IMG/VR virus record: IMGVR_UViG_3300043432_000295
Coordinates: 1-58,249 of that record
Direction: 5' to 3' (one strand)
From: a virus
Taxonomy: Duplodnaviria > Caudoviricetes
DNA: 58,249 bases
Under the pieces are notes generated by a model. That model saw only the letters and a program-made list of their open reading frames with translations, was not told the origin of the DNA and did not search any database. Position numbers and translations under genes: made by a program. Within the stretch, counting starts at the first letter, position 1; every line of letters starts with the position of its first letter. Positions 37,377 through 44,376 of the stretch are shown here, one piece after another.

Positions 37377-37618
37377 TCATGTGGACCAGGACATTCTGGA
37401 AAGCGCTCGCGGAGCGCTCGCTCAGCACCGGAGCCCAGGCGGCGCTGCTGGCCTGGGGCGGCGGGGCGCTGCCGTCGGTCTCGCTGCCGTGGTGGACCGT
37501 ACCGGCCGCTTTCGTAGGCGGGGTGGCGCTGGGCCTGCTCAAGGGCATCGCGGTCAACCAGGCCACTGGCGACGGTCCGGGCATCATCCACGCCGAGCAG
37601 GTCATCGATGTCCACTGA
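37373..37618 (+). CDS. holin (r1t-like)
   Basis: WTRTFWKALAERSLSTGAQA plus two TM segments. Confidence 0.8.
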   Translation: MIMWTRTFWKALAERSLSTGAQAALLAWGGGALPSVSLPWWTVPAAFVGGVALGLLKGIAVNQATGDGPGIIHAEQVIDVH

Positions 37619-37805
37619 GCTGGGCTGGATCACCACGCCGTGCGAGAGCGCGAACAGCTGCATCGAGGTGCTACCGCCACAGATCCACGTCAACACGGTG
37701 GCCATCCGCAGCGCGCTGGCGCCCCACGATGTCCTGCGTGTCACCCGCGAGGAGTGGGTGGCCTTCGTCTCCGCCGTCAAGGACGGCGTGTTCAACGAGG
37801 TCTAG
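37608..37805 (+). CDS. DUF397 family protein
   Basis: SCIEV...VAIRS..P..VL..TREEWVAFVSAVKDGVF. Confidence 0.75.
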   Translation: MSTELGWITTPCESANSCIEVLPPQIHVNTVAIRSALAPHDVLRVTREEWVAFVSAVKDGVFNEV

Positions 37806-37969
37806 CGCCCGGCCGCCCGGGCCATGGCAGTAGCGATGCTGGCCTGGTTCGGCCATGGGGTCGGCGTGGGCAGGACCGGAGCGAGAGCTGGCGGCCAGGT
37901 CGAGACCGGAGCTTGGCGAGCACTGGCCGAGGCGAGCGCGGCGAGAATGGACTGCAGTGTGGGCCACAT
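37802..37969 (-). CDS. 55-aa hypothetical peptide
   Basis: TACGCT-6-ATG leaderless geometry next to operator copy 4. Confidence 0.35.
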   Translation of the reverse strand: MWPTLQSILAALASASARQAPVSTWPPALAPVLPTPTPWPNQASIATAMARAAGR

Positions 37970-37975
37970 GGCCCC

Positions 37976-38015
37976 AGCGTAGCCAATTTGACATGTCACT
38001 AGGTGGGCGTACCGT
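37976..38015. promoter_or_regulatory. Promoter(s) with operator copy 4
   Basis: Plus TTGACA-16-TACCGT-6-ATG(38022); operator 37988-38003; minus -10 TACGCT. Confidence 0.7.
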
Positions 38016-38021
38016 CAGGAA

Positions 38022-39158
38022 ATGACGATCACACGTGAGACGAAACGCCGTGCCGGGCTCGCACTAGCTGGTGTGGCGTTCGTAGCCCTGCTCACCGCGG
38101 CGCTCATGCCCCCCGCCGGCGCAGACTCCGGCCTGTCGCCGCTCGAACTGGCGCAGGTACAGCGCGCCAACTGCCAGGTCTTGCTCGCCCATGCCACCAG
38201 CTCGGCGCAGCGGACGCGGGCCAACCAGTGCATCGCCGACCAGACGGCCATCATCGCGGCGCTGTCCAGCAGCCCGTCGCCGTCCCCCAGCGGCACGCAG
38301 AGCCCGTCGCCGTTGCCGAGTCCCACCGTGCAGCCGAGCCCGTCTGTCTCGCCTACGGCCACCACGCCGCCCGCGACGACGCCTCCGCCGAGCCCCACGC
38401 CCACCGGGACGCTGACCAACTGCGTCGCCGACCCGGGCCGCTGTGGCTTCCCTGACGCGTCGTCGACCGGACCGTCCGGGCCGCTGACCGTGTCGACGCG
38501 GACCTCGTACGCTACGGCCGGCGAGACGATCGCCAACGTGCAGATCAACGGATGCACGGTCGTGCGTGCGGCCGGGGTGACGTTCCGGAACGTGCTGTTC
38601 AACGCGACCGGCTGCTTCTGGGGCGTGCAGTCACTGTCGTCGGGGCTGTCCATCGTGGACTCCGAGATCACGTGCAGCGGCAACAACGGGACCGGCATCG
38701 GGTCGGCCGGGTTCAGCTTGCTGCGGGTCGACATCCACAACTGCGAGAACGGCCTCGACGTCGGTTCGAATGCGTCCCTTGTGGACAGCTGGATCCACGA
38801 CATGGAGACCGACAACGGGGCGCACACGGATGGGGTGCAGATCGGGCAGGGGTCGAGCAACCTCGTCTTCCGTCACAACACCATCGCCATGGCCGCGCCG
38901 GGTGCCACCTCGGCGATCATCAGCTGGGACGAGCAGGCCGGGCCGCAGCAGCAGGGGGTCGTGATCGACGCTAACCTGCTCTCCGGCGGCACGTACACCC
39001 TGTACTGCCCGCGGTACGACACGTCCGACACCCGGGTGACCAACAACCGGTTCGGGCCCTACGAGTACGGCTCGTCGAATGCCTGCACCGGCTCGCACGT
39101 CTCGGCATGGTCGGGCAACGTGATCGACGCCACGGGCGCACCGCTGGCGGCCGGGTGA
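38022..39158 (+). CDS. secreted right-handed beta-helix (pectin lyase-like) protein
   Basis: Signal peptide, Ser/Pro/Thr linker, CG(F)PD.SSTG, DIHNCENG, SWIHD, AHTDGVQ. Confidence 0.75.
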   Translation: MTITRETKRRAGLALAGVAFVALLTAALMPPAGADSGLSPLELAQVQRANCQVLLAHATSSAQRTRANQCIADQTAIIAALSSSPSPSPSGTQSPSPLPSPTVQPSPSVSPTATTPPATTPPPSPTPTGTLTNCVADPGRCGFPDASSTGPSGPLTVSTRTSYATAGETIANVQINGCTVVRAAGVTFRNVLFNATGCFWGVQSLSSGLSIVDSEITCSGNNGTGIGSAGFSLLRVDIHNCENGLDVGSNASLVDSWIHDMETDNGAHTDGVQIGQGSSNLVFRHNTIAMAAPGATSAIISWDEQAGPQQQGVVIDANLLSGGTYTLYCPRYDTSDTRVTNNRFGPYEYGSSNACTGSHVSAWSGNVIDATGAPLAAG

Positions 39159-40705
39159 CCCAGCCCATCACCCCGCAGCGGATCTTCGACAGCCGCGTCA
39201 GTAAGGGCGGCACCGGCCCGTTCGCGGCCGGCGACACCCGCACCATCCAGGTCCTCGGCAGGGGCGCCGTGCCCCTGTCGGGGGTGGCCGGTATCGTCGG
39301 CAACCTGGCCGTCATCCCCGGCACGGCCGGCGGGTACCTGACGATCTGGCCGGCCGGGCGCAAGATGCCCACCGCGTCGAACATCAACTTCGGGGTCGGC
39401 GGCCCGGCCATCTCGAACACGTTCACCGTCGAACTCGGCCCGACCGGCGCGATCTCCGTCTACGACGGCTACGGCACCGGCGCCGAGGTGTTCATCGACG
39501 TGCAGGCCTGGATCCCGGCCCCCGAACTCGCCCCGGTCGGCCCGTCCGTTTTGCCCACATCGACGAGCGCGCCGTCAGGCACCGACAGCGTCAAGGCCGC
39601 CCAGGTCCTCACCACCGCCCTGCGCTACGGCATGGACACGTGGTGGCCCGGGCCGGCCCAGACGCTGCTCGCCGCCGACCTCGGCTACGACTACCTGGGC
39701 AAGCCCACCAACCACGACGCCGTACGCCGCCTGGGCATGGCCGCGCTGGGCATGTCCACCGCGCTCGCGACAGGCCTGTCCACCGACCCGGTCATGCTGG
39801 CCCGCACGGTCGCGCTCGTCACCCGCGTGGCCGGCGCGCACGTCACCAACGCCGTGGGCGGCTGGGGTGAGGGCTGGCAGACGTCCATGTGGTCGTCGCT
39901 GTGCGGCCGGGCGGCGTGGTTGCTGTGGCCGTCGATGCCGGAGGAGACTCGGGCTGCGGTGGCGCGGATGGTGGCCCACGAGGCCGACTACGCCGCCCGC
40001 TACCAGATCCACTACTTGCGCGACGCGGCCGGCACGGTCCTGTCGCCGGGCGACTCGGGCGCCGAGGAGGTGGCCTGGCAGGGCACCGCCATGCAGATCG
40101 CCGCCGTCATGCTGCCGACCCATCCGAACGCCGGCATCTGGCAGACGGAGATGCAGCGGTTCGCGCTCGCCGCGTGGGCCCGGCCGGCCGACGTGGCCGG
40201 CTCGCCGCTGACCATCACCGGCTCCAACGTCGAGCCCAACGGGCAGGTCATCAACCATTCGCGGATCGCCCCGGACTACAGCACGTGCATCCAGTTCAAC
40301 CTCGAGGCGTGGCCGCTGTTCGCGCTCGCCGGCAAGGCGACCCCTCAGGCCATGCGCCAGTTCCTGGGGCCGGTCTACGCGGCGCTCAACGCGCTGTACG
40401 TGCCCGGCACGGCCACGATCACCTACCCGCAGGGCTGCGACTGGGGCACCGGGCAGCAGGCGCCCTACGCCCTCGCCGACGCCCTCGCCGTCTGCTGCGG
40501 GTTCGACACGACCGGGACTGCGGCCGGCTACCTCGATCTGCACCTGGACGAGTGGCTGGCCCAGCAGGCCCGGCACGCCGATGGGCACACGTACGAGCCC
40601 GGGGAGTATGTGTACGAGGGTTGCGAGGAACACGCCATGATGCTGGCCGCGGCGGTGTGGGTGGCGCTGTGGATGCGGGACCAGGGGCTCGGGTCGTTCG
40701 CCTGA
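39155..40705 (+). CDS. protein with N-terminal PxRIxDxR beta-module and helical (lyase/toroid-like) domain
   Basis: PQRIFDSR...GYLTIWP..PTASNINF...DVQAW; WQ.SMW, GDS.AEE, NH.RI.PDY, YPQG.DWG. Confidence 0.6.
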   Translation: MTQPITPQRIFDSRVSKGGTGPFAAGDTRTIQVLGRGAVPLSGVAGIVGNLAVIPGTAGGYLTIWPAGRKMPTASNINFGVGGPAISNTFTVELGPTGAISVYDGYGTGAEVFIDVQAWIPAPELAPVGPSVLPTSTSAPSGTDSVKAAQVLTTALRYGMDTWWPGPAQTLLAADLGYDYLGKPTNHDAVRRLGMAALGMSTALATGLSTDPVMLARTVALVTRVAGAHVTNAVGGWGEGWQTSMWSSLCGRAAWLLWPSMPEETRAAVARMVAHEADYAARYQIHYLRDAAGTVLSPGDSGAEEVAWQGTAMQIAAVMLPTHPNAGIWQTEMQRFALAAWARPADVAGSPLTITGSNVEPNGQVINHSRIAPDYSTCIQFNLEAWPLFALAGKATPQAMRQFLGPVYAALNALYVPGTATITYPQGCDWGTGQQAPYALADALAVCCGFDTTGTAAGYLDLHLDEWLAQQARHADGHTYEPGEYVYEGCEEHAMMLAAAVWVALWMRDQGLGSFA

Positions 40706-40862
40706 GGTATCGTGACGGTGCCCCACTTTCCTCGGGTAGCCAGTCAAGCGGGCGTTACCGCACAGGTGGATCGGCTCGGGTGCAGGGAGACCGAGGCTCT
40801 GCTGCACGACACAGTGCCGGACGTACGGGCCGGCGGAGGGGTGGGCCACGCACCTCCCGTAG

Positions 40863-40918
40863 AAAAACAAAAAAAGGCCCCCTCTGCTGACGCCGGCTGG
40901 ACGTCAGCAGAGGGGGCC
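40863..40918 (-). terminator. Rho-independent terminator of the minus-strand block
   Basis: 17-bp perfect stem GGCCCCCTCTGCTGACG/CGTCAGCAGAGGGGGCC followed on minus by TTTTTTTGTTTTT. Confidence 0.9.
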
Positions 40919-40971
40919 CTCTTCGTCACCGTACTAGCGGCCAGCCGGACCGTTAGTCCGACCGATTACCT

Positions 40972-41541
40972 TCAACGTCCCGCAGGTGCCGGAGAAACCG
41001 GCGCCGCTCCTGCGGCCTCGAGCATCTTGTTCGCCTCGGCAACAGTGGCCGGCAGCTTCGGCGCGCGCGGCTTGCGAGCAGGAGTCGTCTTCCGGGCGGC
41101 CGTGCCACGGGTCCGCGCCGCCTTCTTGCCAGCCGCCACCCGCACCGGGTCCTTCGCCCGGACACGAGCCTTGACCGCCGCCGTCACAAACTCCGACAGG
41201 AGGTAGGCGATGACAGTCCACAGGTTCGCGCACTTCGCTCCGAGCGTCCCGCCGGCGATGAAGTTCGCCGTCCCGGACACCGCGACCGCCAGCACCAGGA
41301 CCACAAGCGAGGTCCAGAAGCCGCGGCGGGCCACATCAGGAATGTGCAGAGCGATGTTGCAGGTGATGGCAAGCAGGTCGACGGTGAGCGGCACCGCAAG
41401 CTGGGCCATCTGGTCAACGCCCCACGTCGCCAGCAGTTCGCGCTGGTGGCCGTAGGACACCGCCGCCGCGACGATCATGATGGCCGTCGTCGAGAAGCGG
41501 GTTCGTTGGAACGCAGTCAGGCTGCGCAGGTACTGGAACAT
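40972..41541 (-). CDS. DUF2637-like membrane protein with basic C-terminal tail
   Basis: AVSY.H..EL...PLTVDLL, S.TAN; several TM segments; SD GGAGG. Confidence 0.75.
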   Translation of the reverse strand: MFQYLRSLTAFQRTRFSTTAIMIVAAAVSYGHQRELLATWGVDQMAQLAVPLTVDLLAITCNIALHIPDVARRGFWTSLVVLVLAVAVSGTANFIAGGTLGAKCANLWTVIAYLLSEFVTAAVKARVRAKDPVRVAAGKKAARTRGTAARKTTPARKPRAPKLPATVAEANKMLEAAGAAPVSPAPAGR

Positions 41542-41922
41542 GGTGGTCTCCCTCCACCAGGCCACCCCGGTTGGGTGGCGGGAGTGCGAGCGCCGGGTGT
41601 GAACCCGTCTGGGGAGATGCCTGCTCGCTGCGCGCGGACGGAGCCGGGCTCGACGTCGCTGCGCTGGTCTTAGGTGCCGGGGATGCCGCCCCGGCGCGCG
41701 ACCTACGTTGGCCCTACGCCCGCCGTGTCACGCTCCGGCAGCCCCACGTCCAGCCCTACTCACATGGCGGCTGGATCTCCCCTGGCCAGTTGTCGTACGG
41801 CCCTGGTAACGCCCGTCGTTACGACTCGGGTGCCGCGCTGATCAAGGCTCAGCGGCTAGGCCTTGGCCTGACGGCCACGGCGTGGGCGTAAAGGCGAATG
41901 GTCTTACGCCCCACCGGAGGTG
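41542..41922 (-). ncRNA. ~380-nt structured intergenic RNA / leader
   Basis: No credible ORF; nested helices, long-range GGGGAGAT/ATCTCCCC, T-loop-like GGGTTCACACCC, ends in the SD-hairpin module. Confidence 0.55.
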
Positions 41923-42150
41923 TCAGGACGTGCGGGCGTGCTTCTCGGCGATCTTCCAGAACTTCTCCTCGTCCACGATCTGCTCGAAGCCGGCCGTGTT
42001 GAGTAGCTCGTTCCCGTTGGCGTCGTGGTCGACCCGGTACTCGAACGCCGCGGCGAAGATCGCATCGACGTCGTAGTCCGGCTCGGTGATGTCCTCGGGG
42101 AACTGCTGGGCGATCGCGTCGTCCTTCGTGGTGTACCTCTTCGTGCTCAT
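41923..42150 (-). CDS. small acidic actinophage protein
   Basis: YTTKDDAI...DYDVDAI...FWKIAEKH; SD GGGAG. Confidence 0.75.
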   Translation of the reverse strand: MSTKRYTTKDDAIAQQFPEDITEPDYDVDAIFAAAFEYRVDHDANGNELLNTAGFEQIVDEEKFWKIAEKHARTS

Positions 42151-42340
42151 GGCGACTCCCATCGCTATGGCAGCGGTGTTGCTGCGTGCGCGGCGGCCGA
42201 TCTGTGAGCGCGCCGCCGCGCTGGGGTTCGAGCACCACGCCCGATGACGCTGGTCGTGGCCTGTCGCGCTTTCACCCCGAAGTGATCCAGAGGTGGGCGC
42301 CGGGGCCTCGAACCCCGGTGGCTGCCAGCCACCCGTCCGG

Positions 42341-42580
42341 TTAGTTGATGCAGCACCGGTAGTCACCGCATGGCGCCAGCGGGCACGGACCACTGTCGTG
42401 GAAGTGTCCGCACAGGCAGCAGATGTCCGCTCCGTGCTCGTCGCCGCAACAGCACCGCATGGTCCCGAGGACCACGCCGTGCTGCTCGCCGCAACGCGGG
42501 CAGGTCACCACGTCGATGAGCTCGCCCTCGATGACCTCGATCACATCAGGCAGGTTCTTGCGAACCACCAAGTCGCTCAT
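42341..42580 (-). CDS. Cys/His-rich small protein
   Basis: CPRC, CCC, CCLC, CP..PC...CC; SD GGAGG. Confidence 0.7.
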   Translation of the reverse strand: MSDLVVRKNLPDVIEVIEGELIDVVTCPRCGEQHGVVLGTMRCCCGDEHGADICCLCGHFHDSGPCPLAPCGDYRCCIN

Positions 42581-42676
42581 GTCGGTCTCCCTCCGACCTG
42601 GCCGAGTTCCGCTCGGCGCGGTTCTGGCCTGACGGCCACGGCTCCGACCGGTACGAGACCGGCCGGACCGGAGTCC

Positions 42677-42850
42677 TCAGGATTCCACGACCTCCGCACG
42701 TTCCTTCGTCAGGAAGGTCTGGCCGTCCACCGGGTCGATCCTGCCGAGGAACTCGAAGATGTCCTTCGCGGCCTCCTCGACCGTCACGCCGGTGGTCCTG
42801 GCCCAGCCCTCGACGTCCGCGTCGATCTCGAACATGACCTGGATCTTCAT
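42677..42850 (-). CDS. 57-aa acidic hypothetical protein
   Basis: MKIQVMFEIDADVEGWARTTG...VVES; SD GGAGG; below the ORF-track cutoff. Confidence 0.7.
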   Translation of the reverse strand: MKIQVMFEIDADVEGWARTTGVTVEEAAKDIFEFLGRIDPVDGQTFLTKERAEVVES

Positions 42851-42928
42851 GTCGGTCTCCCTCCGACGTGCCGTCCCTTGTGGACGGATGAGCGAGCGGC
42901 AGGGGTTCGACCCCCTGCCGCCCTTCGA

Positions 42929-43219
42929 TCACCGGACCATCCGTACCTCGTACGTGGTCTCGCCGAAGCACGACTGGAGCTTGCACTCCCGGTCGCATCC
43001 CAGCCAGACATCCCAGCCCTGAACCGGGCTCTCCGATACCCACAGCAGCTTCCCCCACGCGTCGGTGTCACCCATGCTGTTGTGGCAGTGGGCGACCTCG
43101 ACCTCGTTCAGGTACAGCCACAGCTGGTCAGTCGGGATCTGGCCTTCCCAGGTACCGTTCTGTGGCACCCGGCGCGGCGAGCTGAACAGCGGCGGATAGG
43201 TCTTGGCGGTGTCGTTCAT
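42929..43219 (-). CDS. hypothetical protein
   Basis: SD GGAGG; first gene after the long leader. Confidence 0.7.
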   Translation of the reverse strand: MNDTAKTYPPLFSSPRRVPQNGTWEGQIPTDQLWLYLNEVEVAHCHNSMGDTDAWGKLLWVSESPVQGWDVWLGCDRECKLQSCFGETTYEVRMVR

Positions 43220-43717
43220 GTGGGTCTCCCTCCCACAGGACCGTCCGGTGTGGACGGTCGGAGTGGACCCGAAGGGGATCGAACCCTTCTGCGGTGGGCG
43301 TTACGCCTCGGTGGTCGTCCAGGCTCCCCATCCGGCATCCCGGCAGAGCCGGGCCTTGCAGTCCAGGGCCCCGAGGGTGCGGTCGCGGGAGTGCGGTGTC
43401 GCGCTCGCCCCGGGGCGGGATGTTGCGGCCGGCCGCGCGCTGACGCGCTGCGTGCCCGGCTCCGTGCTCGGCCTGTCCGCGGCGTTCGTCCGTACCGGCT
43501 AGAGGCGCTCGCGGCTCGGGGGCTATCCCCGCCTGTCCTACGCACTGCCCGGTCTCGTTCTCGTCGTCGTTTTGGCTTTCGTACCCACGCGCTGGTGGGG
43601 TGGTTCCCGACAGGGCTCCTGCTGCCGCTCGCGCGGTCCCGGTTTCTCCCTGGTGGTCTGGGCTTATGTTCGGCCGTGGGGCCGGTCTGGATTTCAAGGT
43701 CTTCGTCTTGCCCTTCT
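43220..43717 (-). ncRNA. ~500-nt structured 5' leader / ncRNA
   Basis: Lies between a promoter and the first SD; overlapping ORFs look non-coding; many inverted repeats; T-loop-like GAAGGGTTCGATCCCCTTC. Confidence 0.55.
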
Positions 43718-43723
43718 ACCTCC

Positions 43724-43751
43724 AGTGTAGCATCCCGGGATGCCTGGTCAA
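43724..43751 (-). promoter_or_regulatory. Promoter of the minus-strand block with palindromic spacer
   Basis: TTGACC-16-TACACT; spacer contains the perfect palindrome GCATCCCGGGATGC. Confidence 0.7.
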
Positions 43752-43798
43752 GTCAGAGCGAGGGGATCCAACTGTCGGATACCTGACAGACCGGGATA

Positions 43799-44002
43799 CT
43801 AGGTGCGGGTACGGCGCCAACCCTTACCCGGACGATTATCCAACCACCGCCGCGCCGTCGACTCCCACCACCACGGCCGGGCATGCCCCGCCTCCAGATC
43901 ATGACCATCCGGAGACGGCAGATTCGCCCGGCCCAGCGACCGGATCGCAATGCCGGCCAACTCGGCGATGTCAGCCCGATACAGCTTCCGGCACGACGTC
44001 AT
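43799..44002 (-). CDS. Xis/AlpA-like HTH DNA-binding protein
   Basis: LYRADIAELAGI...LPSPDG...PWWWESTARRWLDNRPGKG; TATGAT-7-ATG leaderless. Confidence 0.7.
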   Translation of the reverse strand: MTSCRKLYRADIAELAGIAIRSLGRANLPSPDGHDLEAGHARPWWWESTARRWLDNRPGKGWRRTRT

Positions 44003-44082
44003 ACCCACCATCATACATCCCAGACGGTCTCTCCCGGGGACGCGGCGTTAGGTCGCAGGCACGTCCCCGGGAGCGGTTCCTG

Positions 44083-44325
44083 TCAGTACAGCGACTCGGC
44101 CCGGATCCGCCCACTGGCCAGACCGGCCTCCAGCGCGTCCAGCCCGCTGACCGCGACCGCACGCAACACCCGCGCCTGCGAAATGCGGTACCGGCTCGCC
44201 AACGCCTTGATCCGATTCTTCGTCTCGGGTGTATCGAGCCAGACGAGTTGAGCGGTGTAGCGGGCGGCTGCTTCGGTGCCACGGTATCCGCCGCGTGCGA
44301 CGGGCTCAACGCTGCTAGATGCCAT
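44083..44325 (-). CDS. ribbon-helix-helix-like regulator
   Basis: RYTAQLVWLD-TPETKNRIKALASRY-RISQARVLRAVAVSGL (strand-helix-helix pattern). Confidence 0.6.
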   Translation of the reverse strand: MASSSVEPVARGGYRGTEAAARYTAQLVWLDTPETKNRIKALASRYRISQARVLRAVAVSGLDALEAGLASGRIRAESLY

Positions 44326-44333
44326 ACCCCAGC

Positions 44334-44370
44334 ACACTACTTGACGTGTCACTAGGTGGTCAACTAGCGT
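44334..44370. promoter_or_regulatory. Overlapping divergent promoters with operator copy 5
   Basis: Plus TTGACG-18-TAGCGT-6-ATG(44377); minus TTGACC-18-TAGTGT-8-ATG(44325); operator 44341-44356. Confidence 0.75.
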
Positions 44371-44376
44371 CGGGTC

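Noticed and set aside
42240-42280. Hammerhead ribozyme core near CCGATGA
   Set aside because: Not CTGATGA and no correctly placed GAAA on the same strand
41542-43240. CRISPR array suggested by repeated GTCTCCCTCC
   Set aside because: Repeats are short, irregularly spaced, separated by ORFs and coincide with SD sites; no cas operon
42200-43300. tRNA genes suggested by GGTTCGA motifs
   Set aside because: No cloverleaf with D arm, anticodon arm and acceptor stem could be built; kept only as T-arm-like hairpins
42293-43786. 497-aa plus-strand ORF
   Set aside because: Antisense shadow of SD-bearing minus-strand genes; repeats HVGLPPT because it reads the SD-hairpin backwards
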